Made by a program: the position numbers and the translations under genes. Under the pieces are notes generated by a model. That model was not told the origin of the DNA. It did not search any database and worked only from the letters and a program-made list of their open reading frames with translations. Positions 9,211 to 18,142 of a stretch of DNA of 41,027 nt are shown here, one piece after another; within the stretch, counting starts at the first letter, position 1, and each line of letters opens with the position of its first letter. This DNA comes from Euryarchaeota archaeon UBA287 (GTDB lineage: Archaea; Thermoplasmatota; UBA186; UBA287): the NCBI GenBank assembly GCA_002495235.1, contig DAEG01000062.1:1358-42384 (forward strand), given 5' to 3'.

Positions 9211-10331
9211 TCCTCGTAGACGATGTTGCCCTCTCCTATGCAGAGCGCTGGGTGGTTACCCAGCACAAAGGGATCATCGTTCCACAGGACCATTGAGGCC
9301 AATTTTCCCTCCTCCACTGTTCCGAGCTCGGCGAGTCCGAGGATCTCTGCGTTGTTCCTGGTTATCACGCCCATCGCCCTCTCTCTGCTCATACCGAAGC
9401 GAAGGAAGTGCCTGAGCTGGAGGAAGAGGTCCCTCTGAAGGATAACGGGATGATCGGTCATTAATCCGAACATAGGATTTACTGCCATGAGCGATTCCAC
9501 GTTCTTCCAGGTGTTGTGCTTCAGCTCTACCTTGTACGAAAACGAGTCTATGGGCCCGTAGATCACGGGGATGTTGGCGTCCTTGAGCGCCCTCCATGTG
9601 CTCTCCTCGAACACATCTCCGCAGTGATTGGCGACCACCCTGAGGCCGAACTCCGCTGCCACAGCCATCATGGTGTCTATGTCATCACTCTTGTGGACGT
9701 GGACCATCATGGGCATGCCTCTGAGCAGTTCTATCATCCCCTCGGTCACAGGATCCGTCTCCTCTGTGCTCCTCTTCCCCTGTTTGATCAGCACTTCCGC
9801 CTTCTTTGCCTTGTACAGCTCTCTTCTCAGGAGGCCTATGGCTCCCATTCTCGTAGTCGGCCTCTCTCCCTTCCATTCTCGTGTTGATCTCGGGTTGTAT
9901 CCCAGAGCCGCCTTCATCCCTATGTCTCTGACAAAGGCCCTCTTCACACTCCGCTCCCAGTTCCTTATCAGGCATGTCCTGCCTCCGATGATATTCCCGC
10001 TTCCCGGCATGACCTGCGCGTAGAGAACGCCGTGCTCCACGCTGTCCTCGAAGGATGGGTCATCCATGTACACCGAATCTATCGCCCTGTTCAGCGGCAG
10101 GAACTCCGCGAGTTCGTCGTTCGCCTCCCCCTCGTTGGAGGGTTCTCCCGCCCTGTCCAGTCCTATGTGGCAGTGCCCGTCTATGAAAGCCGGCGTCAAC
10201 ACGCCCTCGCCCAGGATCTCGCAGTCGGGTTTTTTGTCCGTTATCCCTGTTATCCTCTCCTCAAATGTTACGTACACGTCTCTCTTGAGTGTTGTCCCAT
10301 CGTACAGCTCTTTTGCCCGGATAGCGCGCAT
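9207..10331 (-). CDS. amidohydrolase-superfamily metal-dependent hydrolase
   Basis: AFIDGHCHIG (HxH metal motif) and later His/Asp-containing strands. ATG 10331 sits 20 nt downstream of minus-strand TATA ttatata (10352-10358). Confidence 0.7.
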   Translation of the reverse strand: MRAIRAKELYDGTTLKRDVYVTFEERITGITDKKPDCEILGEGVLTPAFIDGHCHIGLDRAGEPSNEGEANDELAEFLPLNRAIDSVYMDDPSFEDSVEHGVLYAQVMPGSGNIIGGRTCLIRNWERSVKRAFVRDIGMKAALGYNPRSTREWKGERPTTRMGAIGLLRRELYKAKKAEVLIKQGKRSTEETDPVTEGMIELLRGMPMMVHVHKSDDIDTMMAVAAEFGLRVVANHCGDVFEESTWRALKDANIPVIYGPIDSFSYKVELKHNTWKNVESLMAVNPMFGLMTDHPVILQRDLFLQLRHFLRFGMSRERAMGVITRNNAEILGLAELGTVEEGKLASMVLWNDDPFVLGNHPALCIGEGNIVYEE

Positions 10332-10396
10332 AACGAAAAACGCAGAGTGCGTATATAACACTTGTGCGCTCGTTCCCTCGCTCAGCGCATGAAAAG

Positions 10397-10413
10397 TTAT
10401 TTAAAAATAAAAG
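10397..10413 (+). promoter_or_regulatory. TATA-box-like A/T block upstream of rpl15e
   Basis: ttatttaaaaataaaag is centred about 24 nt before ATG 10429. The divergent partner TATA (ttatata on the minus strand, 10352-10358) serves the amidohydrolase gene. Confidence 0.4.
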
Positions 10414-10428
10414 AAACTATAGCCACGG

Positions 10429-10995
10429 ATGAAAGGAATGTACTCATACATGAACGAATTCTGGAAGGGTCAGAACAAAGAGGATTTCAGGGCACTGAGA
10501 TGGTCCAGGCTCATAGAGTGGCGCAGGGAACCGACCGTATGCAGGATAGACAGGCCGACAAGGCTCGACAGGGCCAGGGCTCTCGGCTATAAGGCAAAGC
10601 AGGGCATAGTTGTGGCTAGGGTCAAGGTGAGGAGGGGAAGTCTGAGGAAGCCGAGGCCAAGAATGGGGAGGCAGCCATCAAAGATGGGTGTGGCAAAGAT
10701 AACGATGAAGAAGAGCCTCAAGCGCATAGCCGAGGAGAGAGCGGCAAAGCACTATCCCAACCTGGAGGTTTTGAACTCCTATTTCGTTGCGAAGGACGGG
10801 AAACACAAGTATTTTGAGGTCATCCTCTTTGATCCTCTCACGTTCAGAAATGACAGCAGATACCCGAAGCAGATAGGAAGGGTCTTCAGAGGCCTCACCT
10901 CAGAGGGGAGAAAGAACAGAGGCATGGGTGCCAAGGGCAAGCGCTCCGTCCACTCAAGGCCGAGCGTGAACGCGGGTGCGATCCGGGGAAAGTGA
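10429..10995 (+). CDS. rpl15e: 50S ribosomal protein L15e
   Basis: [55 protein letters not shown] is unmistakably L15e. Confidence 0.95.
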   Translation: MKGMYSYMNEFWKGQNKEDFRALRWSRLIEWRREPTVCRIDRPTRLDRARALGYKAKQGIVVARVKVRRGSLRKPRPRMGRQPSKMGVAKITMKKSLKRIAEERAAKHYPNLEVLNSYFVAKDGKHKYFEVILFDPLTFRNDSRYPKQIGRVFRGLTSEGRKNRGMGAKGKRSVHSRPSVNAGAIRGK

Positions 10996-11999
10996 TGGGA
11001 GTAGCGATCGGGGATATAATAAACCCGTACGCAGAGAGATGCTCGCTCGAATACTTTTCCTCCAAGACTCTGGCCGTTGACGGTAACAACGCAGTCTACC
11101 AGTTCCTGTCCAGCATCAGGCAGAGGGATGGAACACCACTGATGGATTCCCGTGGGAGGGTGACATCGCACCTCTCCGGTCTTTTGTACAGGAATTCCAA
11201 CATCGTTGAGAACGGAACGAGGCTCGTTTACGTCTTTGACGGCAGGCCGCCGCTGCTGAAGCACAGGACCCTGGATGAGAGGGCATCAAGGAAGCGAAAG
11301 GCGGAGGGCGAGTGGAGGGATGCTCTGGAGCGCGGTGACCTTGAGAAGGCAAAGACGAAGGCCGCGCAGACGTCAAGGCTCACGACCGACCTCATCGAAG
11401 ACTCAAAGGATCTCCTCGGCGCTCTGGGCATACCGGTGATACAGGCGCCGCAGGAGGGAGAGGCCCAGGCGGCCTTCATGGCATCGAGAGGAGACTGCTT
11501 CGCCAGCGTGTCACAGGACTACGACTCCCTGCTGTTTGGCGTTCCGCTGCTTGCGAGGAACGTCGCGGTGACGGGCAGGAGAAAGCTCCCGGGAAGGAAC
11601 GAGTACGTGGAGATCACTCCGGAGACGATAAGTCTCGCAGAGGTGCTCAGTGGACTGGGTATAACCAGAGAACAGCTCGTGGACATAGGGATAATCATAG
11701 GGACTGACTTCAACGACGGAATCTCCGGCTATGGGCCAAAGAAGGCTCTGGCCGCCGTAAAGGAGGGCAGGGACATCCTCAAGGACGTTGAGAACTGCGA
11801 CGAGATAAGGAGACTGTTCCTAGAGCCGGCGGTCACTGAGGATTACGTTCTAGAGTGGAGAGAGCCGGACGAGGAAAAGGTGCTAGAGATGCTGTGCGAG
11901 GAGCACGATTTCTCTGAGGACAGGGTCAAAAAAGCGCTCGAGAAGTTCGGACAGAAAGCCGAGAGCAAAAAGCAGAAGACCCTTGATTTTTTCGGTTAG
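10992..11999 (+). CDS. fen: flap endonuclease 1 (FEN-1)
   Basis: MGVAIGDI N-terminus, [17 protein letters not shown] and GTDFN motifs, and a C-terminal PIP-like QKTLDFF. ATGA overlap with rpl15e. Confidence 0.95.
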   Translation: MMGVAIGDIINPYAERCSLEYFSSKTLAVDGNNAVYQFLSSIRQRDGTPLMDSRGRVTSHLSGLLYRNSNIVENGTRLVYVFDGRPPLLKHRTLDERASRKRKAEGEWRDALERGDLEKAKTKAAQTSRLTTDLIEDSKDLLGALGIPVIQAPQEGEAQAAFMASRGDCFASVSQDYDSLLFGVPLLARNVAVTGRRKLPGRNEYVEITPETISLAEVLSGLGITREQLVDIGIIIGTDFNDGISGYGPKKALAAVKEGRDILKDVENCDEIRRLFLEPAVTEDYVLEWREPDEEKVLEMLCEEHDFSEDRVKKALEKFGQKAESKKQKTLDFFG

Positions 12000-12031
12000 C
12001 GGGCTCCACGGCGGTTCTGCGCTCCAGTAAG

Positions 12032-12038
12032 TTTATAT
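12032..12038 (+). promoter_or_regulatory. TATA-box-like element upstream of hutH
   Basis: tttatat lies 22 nt before ATG 12061. Confidence 0.35.
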
Positions 12039-12060
12039 CTACACTTCTCATTCTTAACAC

Positions 12061-13569
12061 ATGCAGATAGACGGAGAGGGGCTGACTCTCGAGCAGTTCG
12101 TGAAAGTCTCCAGACAATTTGAAGAAGTGGAGCTTGGTTCTGCGGACAGGATAGAGGACTCACACAGGATCGTCAAGGAGATCGCGGAGGGTGAAAAACT
12201 GGTTTACGGGATCACCACGGGCTTCGGCGAGTTCGCTCACATCAGGATAAGCCAGGAGCAGAGGAAGACGTTGCAGGTGAACCTGATAAGGAGTCATGCG
12301 TGCGGCGTCGGTAAGCCCCTGAGCGAGGAAGAGGTCCGGGGGGCCATGCTCCTGAGAGCCAACACTCTGGCTAAGGGGAACTCGGGGGCGAGAGTTGAGG
12401 TTGTTGAGAGGCTGATAGAGATGCTCAACAGGGAGGTGTACCCATTTGTGCCGGAGAAGGGCTCTGTTGGTTCGAGCGGGGATCTCGCGCCGCTGGCACA
12501 CATGGCTCTTGTGCTGATCGGTGAGGGCAGAGGCTTTCTGGGGGGTGAGGTGCGTCCGGGCATTGAGTGCCTGAAACAGGCAGGGATAGAACCGATAGCG
12601 CTGGAGGAAAAGGAAGGGCTGGCGCTCATAAACGGGACACCGGTCATGACCTCTATAGGCGCTCTGGCGCTTAATGACGCGATAACCCTCCTCAAGGCAT
12701 CGGAGATCGCCTGTGCCATGTCCATCGAGGCCCTGCTGGCGAGCAGAGCTTTCCTTGACGGGAGAGTGCACGAAGCGAGAGGCATCGAGGGGCAGATAAA
12801 GAGCGCTGCGAACCTTCGAAGACTGGTAGAGGGCAGTGAGGTGATAGAGAGCCACACCGCGTGCAGGACTGTCCAGGACGCTTATTCCCTGAGGTGTGCC
12901 CCACAGGTCTTCGGCATAGCCCATGAGACCCTCGCATTTTGCAGGAGGCTCGTAGAGAGAGAGATGAACGCCAGCTGCGACAATCCCCTGGTCTTCGCAG
13001 ACACGGGGGAGGTCATATCGGCAGGCAACTTCCACGGCGAGCCTATGGCGCAGGTCATGGATTTCCTGTCGATCACCACTAGTGAGCTGGGCAGCATCAG
13101 CGAGCGGAGGATCTTCAGGTACATGGACGAGCACCTGAGCAACCTGCCCGCAGCACTGGTTGAGGACAGCGGCCTTAACAACGGGTTCATGATAGCGCAG
13201 TACGTGGCAGCCGCTCTGGCCTCTGAGAACAAGTCGTTATCACACCCCGCCAGCGTAGATTCTATACCAACGGCCGCAAATCAGGAGGATCATGTCAGTA
13301 TGGGCACCATCGCCGCTAGGAAGGCTCGGGAGGTTGTCTGGAACGTGAAGCGCATAGTCGCCATAGAGCTGTTATGCGCTGCGCAGGCGCTGGATTTCAG
13401 AAAGCCTCTGTCCTTCGGGAAGGGAAGTGAGATCGCCTATGAATGGATGAGAGAGCGCGTAGGCTTCGTCGAAGAGGACAGAAGCCTGAGCGGGGACATA
13501 GAGGGCATAGCCGGTGCGCTGGAGAATCTCGTTGCTGCCGTTGAGAGCGAGATAGGGCTGGAGCTTTAG
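12061..13569 (+). CDS. hutH: histidine ammonia-lyase (aromatic amino acid lyase/MIO family)
   Basis: YGITTGFG, GSVGSSGDLAPLAH (MIO-forming tripeptide region) and SANQEDHVSMG-type motif (AANQEDHVSMG). Leaderless-type TATA at 12032-12038. Confidence 0.85.
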   Translation: MQIDGEGLTLEQFVKVSRQFEEVELGSADRIEDSHRIVKEIAEGEKLVYGITTGFGEFAHIRISQEQRKTLQVNLIRSHACGVGKPLSEEEVRGAMLLRANTLAKGNSGARVEVVERLIEMLNREVYPFVPEKGSVGSSGDLAPLAHMALVLIGEGRGFLGGEVRPGIECLKQAGIEPIALEEKEGLALINGTPVMTSIGALALNDAITLLKASEIACAMSIEALLASRAFLDGRVHEARGIEGQIKSAANLRRLVEGSEVIESHTACRTVQDAYSLRCAPQVFGIAHETLAFCRRLVEREMNASCDNPLVFADTGEVISAGNFHGEPMAQVMDFLSITTSELGSISERRIFRYMDEHLSNLPAALVEDSGLNNGFMIAQYVAAALASENKSLSHPASVDSIPTAANQEDHVSMGTIAARKAREVVWNVKRIVAIELLCAAQALDFRKPLSFGKGSEIAYEWMRERVGFVEEDRSLSGDIEGIAGALENLVAAVESEIGLEL

Positions 13570-13619
13570 GCACGCCTCCGCAACGATTCAGTCCGATCCC
13601 TCTGGGGTTATCGTGCCAG

Positions 13620-14441
13620 CTATCCCGAAACAGGGGCTGTTGTCTCGGTCAGTTGCCCGAACTGGGTTCCGGTCTCGTTCATCAAGCCGCGGATCTGCGG
13701 GCCATATTCTTTCCACAAGCGTGACGCCAGATACGCGACCGTGCCCATGAGGGGGCTGCAGCAGAAGCCTCCAGAGCAGGACAGCAGGGCGCAGGGCGGA
13801 GAGGCGACTGCGAAGATCAGGGAGCATACGCCAAGCGTCAGCATTACCAGGGTAAAGATCGCTGGTGCCAAGAGCAGGAGCGACACAGTCAGCAGGCACA
13901 GCACGAGCAGTGACGGGACTATCAGCGCTACAAGCCAGCAGATCGCTACAATGAAAGCACTTACATCCGCGAGAAGAAATACTAGGTTTAGGCACGGGAC
14001 ACACCCGTTCGCGCATAGCAGCAGCGACAGCAGCGACAGCGTCACGAAGAGAAAGGCCACCACGAACAACCAGAAGAGCAGCAGCGACAGCGAGATCGCC
14101 AGCAGAACCAATGCAACAGGGGTGAGAACTAGGGTCGGGGGCAAAGACAGACAGAAAAGGGCAAAGCACACCACACTCACGATCACGGCCGCAGGCCCCA
14201 TCAAAAGGATCAGGATGCCGCCGCCCGTGCCTGCGAGAAAGGTCGAACAGCAGCCCAGCAGACCAAAGCCCAGGGCGTTCGCGTCCAACCTCTCCGTGAT
14301 CACATTTTCCTCGTTGGTGGTGTTCTCTTCCGTCGCGCCCGCTCCCAGAGGGATGCCGGCTGACAGCCCCACCATCAGGATCGCCATGATCAGGACAAGC
14401 GGAATTTCCTGCTTCACCTGCCAACAGGTGCGTCCGCTCAT
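13620..14441 (-). CDS. orphan Cys/Leu-rich polytopic membrane protein
   Basis: This is the only one of three overlapping long ORFs with protein-like character: a signal-like N-terminus, an acidic TEENTTNEEN segment, then about 8 hydrophobic spans. No family recognised. Confidence 0.45.
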   Translation of the reverse strand: MSGRTCWQVKQEIPLVLIMAILMVGLSAGIPLGAGATEENTTNEENVITERLDANALGFGLLGCCSTFLAGTGGGILILLMGPAAVIVSVVCFALFCLSLPPTLVLTPVALVLLAISLSLLLFWLFVVAFLFVTLSLLSLLLCANGCVPCLNLVFLLADVSAFIVAICWLVALIVPSLLVLCLLTVSLLLLAPAIFTLVMLTLGVCSLIFAVASPPCALLSCSGGFCCSPLMGTVAYLASRLWKEYGPQIRGLMNETGTQFGQLTETTAPVSG

Positions 14442-14553
14442 TTAAAAATTTTGTTTTTTATGTCTTTGTGATCCCTGCGGGATGGGAGTGGCGCAACGCT
14501 GCATCGTTTTGAACGGATGGAAAAAAATATTATGATCTAGTCGGATAACAGCC

Positions 14554-15528
14554 ATGGATCCTTTGTCGGTCACAAGCTTCCTGTTCGCGGCTCTCCTCTG
14601 TGTCGTTCCATTCATTTTTGTGTACTTTCTGGCAGAGAGGCTTGAGAGCTATTTCCGTTCGAGGTCTTATCTCTTCATCCTGGGTTGCGTGTTCTCGGCC
14701 CTATCTTTCTCCCTGCTGGTGACTGATTCTATCTTGAACCCGAGCTCTATCTCGCTCGGCTCTGGGATGCATCTATCTGGAATCAATCTTGCAGGAACTC
14801 TGTTCTTTCTCCTGGCGGCCCTGTCGCTCTACATCATGACCGGAGGGGTCGTTGAGGCTCTTGGAGGGCAGAGAGAGGATCCCCTGCCAGCCCTGTTCGT
14901 TGTCGCGGTTCTCGCCGCTCTTTACTACGTTTTTGCTACCATGGAGGTGGATGAGCCGCTGTCCATGTCCCTGAACTTCGTATTTTCCATACTCTCTTTT
15001 CTGTTTCTCATTCTCTCGTTCAGGGATCTGTCTTACATATACGCGTCTCTTGCCTCAGGTTACCGGCTTTTCTCGCAGGTCTCATCCTACCTCCTCCTCT
15101 GGCACGTCTTCTATCAGGCATTCGGTTTTTTGGAGTATGTGGTGTCTTCAGGCATCGATGTCACGCTCTTCTACGAGGTGCAGATCTCTCTGACGCTAGT
15201 TATTCTGGTCCTTATGGCCTTTCCTGTGTTCAGGATGGTCAGGAGCCTGAACACGACGGTCAGTAATGACATCTCACCTTTTCTCAGCAGGATATCGGCC
15301 CTGATAGGTGGTTCTGCCCTGACCATACTCGGAATGGCCATGGCCGAGTACAACGGGAAGCACCGTGCATCGATACGTTACGATCCTGAGAGAGGGTTGA
15401 TAGGCGCGGATGAGGATTTTTTACCATTCCTCGCCTCGTACTTCGAGAGATACATAGGCCCGGTCGCGGGGAGGATATACTCAGAGTCGGTACCTCAGCA
15501 TGGCCGCGATCCCGCCAAAACTTCTTAA
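14554..15528 (+). CDS. hypothetical polytopic membrane protein with soluble C-terminal tail
   Basis: About 7-8 hydrophobic spans. TATA-like aaatattatg about 20 nt upstream of the ATG. No recognisable motifs. Confidence 0.55.
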   Translation: MDPLSVTSFLFAALLCVVPFIFVYFLAERLESYFRSRSYLFILGCVFSALSFSLLVTDSILNPSSISLGSGMHLSGINLAGTLFFLLAALSLYIMTGGVVEALGGQREDPLPALFVVAVLAALYYVFATMEVDEPLSMSLNFVFSILSFLFLILSFRDLSYIYASLASGYRLFSQVSSYLLLWHVFYQAFGFLEYVVSSGIDVTLFYEVQISLTLVILVLMAFPVFRMVRSLNTTVSNDISPFLSRISALIGGSALTILGMAMAEYNGKHRASIRYDPERGLIGADEDFLPFLASYFERYIGPVAGRIYSESVPQHGRDPAKTS

Positions 15529-16509
15529 GGTAACCCCTGCGTCGTGTTCCGAGCTGATTATGCGCACCCTGCACCCCGTCTTTTTTGCGAGCTCCATAGC
15601 GTCTCTGGAATCGCGCAGCCTCTCGTCAAGAATGAGGAGAGTCTCCGCAGCACCAAGCTCCAGAGCCTTTATGGCGTTGTCGCCGAGAGCGCACAGTTCT
15701 GGATCTCTCCTCAGAAGGCTCAGCAGCTCATCGATGAGCTCGTACTCCTCAGCCACCCGCGCCTCGCTCTCAGCCCTCTTCAGCACGCCCTTCTTTATGG
15801 CCTCCACCACGCCGTTCATGCCCTCATCACTGGTGCTGTCCAACAGCACTCTCTCTGTTCCCTTCCCCTTCAAAAAGTCAGCGAAGGAGTCCTTCACGAA
15901 GCCGGGGCCTACAACAGCCAGTCTTGTGCCCTCCTCCATTCTCCTCCCCACCTCGGCAGCGGCCTCTCCGAAGAACTCCCTCTGCCACTCCCTGCTCTCG
16001 TACTGCTTTCCCGACCTGCCCGAGCTTATGCTCGCCAACCGTTCTATCCCGTAAGCCCTCACCAGAGCGATGGTGGCTTCCTCATCGTCTATGGACACTA
16101 TGATGAGCTTTGCCCTTCTGCTGCTCTCCTCAGCCTCCTTTATGAGCGATAGTTCGCTCTCCTGCCAGTCCTTTATTACGGTCAGATCTGAGCCGGGCTG
16201 CACTGTCAGGGTGTGATATTCGCCCACGGCCTCGGGCGCTTCCGTTATCCTTCCCTTTATGCGGAGGTAGTTGGAGAATGGGTGGAACTCCACAGACTCC
16301 ACCTCTATGGTTATCAGCATCGGCACCTTCTCGCTCTTCTTCTCTCTCAGCTTGTCCGATGCTTCCTCCCTGCTCCTGAATGAGAGCATCCTCACCTGGT
16401 CGTTCTCTCTTATCACATTCTTCAGGTACCACAGGTCGTCCATGGTATCGACGTACATCCGTATTCTGCCATACCTGAGGTCCTTATTTATGATCCTCAA
16501 TCTCAACAC
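15481..16509 (-). CDS. pelA: Pelota (Dom34) ribosome-rescue/mRNA surveillance factor
   Basis: N-terminal Sm-like DDLWYLKNVI motif and eRF1-like central and C-terminal domains (VGPGFVKD, ETLLILDE). GTG start overlaps the upstream NFACT gene by 26 nt. Confidence 0.9.
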   Translation of the reverse strand: MLRLRIINKDLRYGRIRMYVDTMDDLWYLKNVIRENDQVRMLSFRSREEASDKLREKKSEKVPMLITIEVESVEFHPFSNYLRIKGRITEAPEAVGEYHTLTVQPGSDLTVIKDWQESELSLIKEAEESSRRAKLIIVSIDDEEATIALVRAYGIERLASISSGRSGKQYESREWQREFFGEAAAEVGRRMEEGTRLAVVGPGFVKDSFADFLKGKGTERVLLDSTSDEGMNGVVEAIKKGVLKRAESEARVAEEYELIDELLSLLRRDPELCALGDNAIKALELGAAETLLILDERLRDSRDAMELAKKTGCRVRIISSEHDAGVTLRSFGGIAAMLRYRL

Positions 16510-18142
16510 CTCTGGTGGGCAGCACTCTGGCTATCGCGCTCTCATCGCCGCCGAGTATACCGGCTATGTCCCCGGCGGCGCGCTCAACGCTCTTATCCCC
16601 GGGCACTATGTCCACGTGTCTATCGCACCTGCCAGCGATAGCGCTCTCTGGCGCGCACATGGCCCTTTCACCGCCCAGATCGACGAGGCCTACAGCCAGT
16701 CTCATGGGCATGTTCCGGTGGTAGTTCTTCTTGCCGTATATCATGAAGGAGCCCTTCGCGAGGAACTGCCCTGATGGGGGCCTCTTGCTCACCTGGTCAG
16801 GTTTCACCCAGTAGGCGTCGCAGCTGCTCATGCTGCCCCACGCCTTTGAGAAGCAAGCTACGAAGTGGCAGGCCTCTCTGAGAGCATCCTCGGAGGGCTC
16901 TCTGCCGTATGTCTTCATCACGCCGCTAGAGCCTCCGTGTATGTCCGCATGCAGGTACACATCCTCCTCGGTCAGGTATCTCTTGACTATCCTCTCATTG
17001 TCATTGGCGTCCTTGCCGGCGATGACCAGAAAGCCGTCGCTCGTGAAGAACCACCAGAATCTCTCGTACCACTCCCCAGCGCTTCTCGTCTCCTTCTTGT
17101 CTTCTTTCCGGGTCCTTTGCTCCCTGTCAGAGGCCTTCTGCAGTCCCTCTATCTTCTCCTTCAGCGCCTTCCTCCGCTCATAGAGAACCTGCAGATTCTG
17201 CTCGACGCTCTTTGACGGATCGAATGAGAGGTCACCCAGCCTGAACTCCACGCCACCGGCGAGAGCTTCGTAGATCTCCCCGTACCTCGAGTAGGCATCC
17301 TCTATCAGTGTCTCAACTAGTCTCAGCTCAACCTCCGCTTTTCTTATCTCATTTCCCTTCTTTTCGGGTTTTTTCTTCAGAAGCTCCACGTAACTCTCGA
17401 TGGCCTCGGAGAAGCTTCCGTGCTCTTCACCCTTATCGTAAAGAACGCTCTCGAAAGGCATCACGCTGATGGCCGTGCCATCCTGATGGTACACGTAACC
17501 CCTGCCATCGTGTCTCTTTACGGTCTGGAGGGCTGAATACAGGCGCTCCGCTTCTTCGTTCCTGACCTCGTTTGCCTTTTTGCCTTTGTCTATCTCGGCT
17601 CTCGCGCACAGTTCCTCTGCGTATTCCCCTCCGAGCCCCAGGTCCACGGCAAGAGCCCTCACGACATCGTATTTTCCCTCACCTATCATGCGCGAGAAAT
17701 CCTCAAAGCCTGCGTCAAAGAAGTTGACGCTCTCAGGCGGCGGCTGATAGGTCTCCCCGACCTTCACGCTTCTGTCACTGAAGATCCTCTCCTTTGCAGC
17801 GAACTCTATGACGTTATCTCTGGTGACGATGAGGTTACCGCCGCCGAAGAGCTCAACCACTATCGCCATATCACCGAGATCAAAGGTGATTATCCTGTCG
17901 CTCCCGCGCTGCCTTATCTCCCTTATTCTCCTGTTCTCAAGGTACCGCAGGCTCTCTATCTTTTTTGCTTCCACCTCTCTGTCGGATGCGTACATCCACC
18001 CCTCAAGCCGTACGTTCACGTTCCTGCTGCACTTTATCACGAACGCGTTTTTGCCCGTGGCCCCGAACTTTTTTATGTAACCCGTTGGGATCTCGTCGAT
18101 CAGCGCTCTCAGATCCAGCCCGCTGAGATTCTTTTTCATCAC
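16484..18142 (-). CDS. NFACT-family protein (Rqc2/FbpA homologue, ribosome quality control)
   Basis: NFACT-N-like N-terminus (LSGLDLRALIDEI), a central coiled coil, and an NFACT-R/DUF814 motif (VIAGKDANDNERIVKRYLTEEDVYLHADIHGGSS). Confidence 0.85.
   Translation of the reverse strand: MMKKNLSGLDLRALIDEIPTGYIKKFGATGKNAFVIKCSRNVNVRLEGWMYASDREVEAKKIESLRYLENRRIREIRQRGSDRIITFDLGDMAIVVELFGGGNLIVTRDNVIEFAAKERIFSDRSVKVGETYQPPPESVNFFDAGFEDFSRMIGEGKYDVVRALAVDLGLGGEYAEELCARAEIDKGKKANEVRNEEAERLYSALQTVKRHDGRGYVYHQDGTAISVMPFESVLYDKGEEHGSFSEAIESYVELLKKKPEKKGNEIRKAEVELRLVETLIEDAYSRYGEIYEALAGGVEFRLGDLSFDPSKSVEQNLQVLYERRKALKEKIEGLQKASDREQRTRKEDKKETRSAGEWYERFWWFFTSDGFLVIAGKDANDNERIVKRYLTEEDVYLHADIHGGSSGVMKTYGREPSEDALREACHFVACFSKAWGSMSSCDAYWVKPDQVSKRPPSGQFLAKGSFMIYGKKNYHRNMPMRLAVGLVDLGGERAMCAPESAIAGRCDRHVDIVPGDKSVERAAGDIAGILGGDESAIARVLPTRGVEIEDHK

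Noticed and set aside
12160-13134. A 324-aa ORF antisense to hutH. Similar long antisense or off-frame ORFs occur at 2027-2608, 8542-9183, 19851-20645, 31377-32357, 37753-38406 and 38872-39765.
   Set aside because: Their translations are Arg/Ser/Pro/His-rich with no motifs. Each lies fully inside a strongly recognisable gene on the other strand or frame. These are the typical stop-codon-poor shadow frames of GC-rich DNA.
13588-14445. Two additional long ORFs (278 aa on the minus strand, 234 aa on the plus strand) overlapping the Cys/Leu-rich membrane ORF.
   Set aside because: One is Gly/Arg/Pro/His-rich and the other Ser/Arg/Lys/Thr-rich low complexity, with no signal or TM logic. Only the hydrophobic frame looks protein-like. 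The locus remains low confidence overall.
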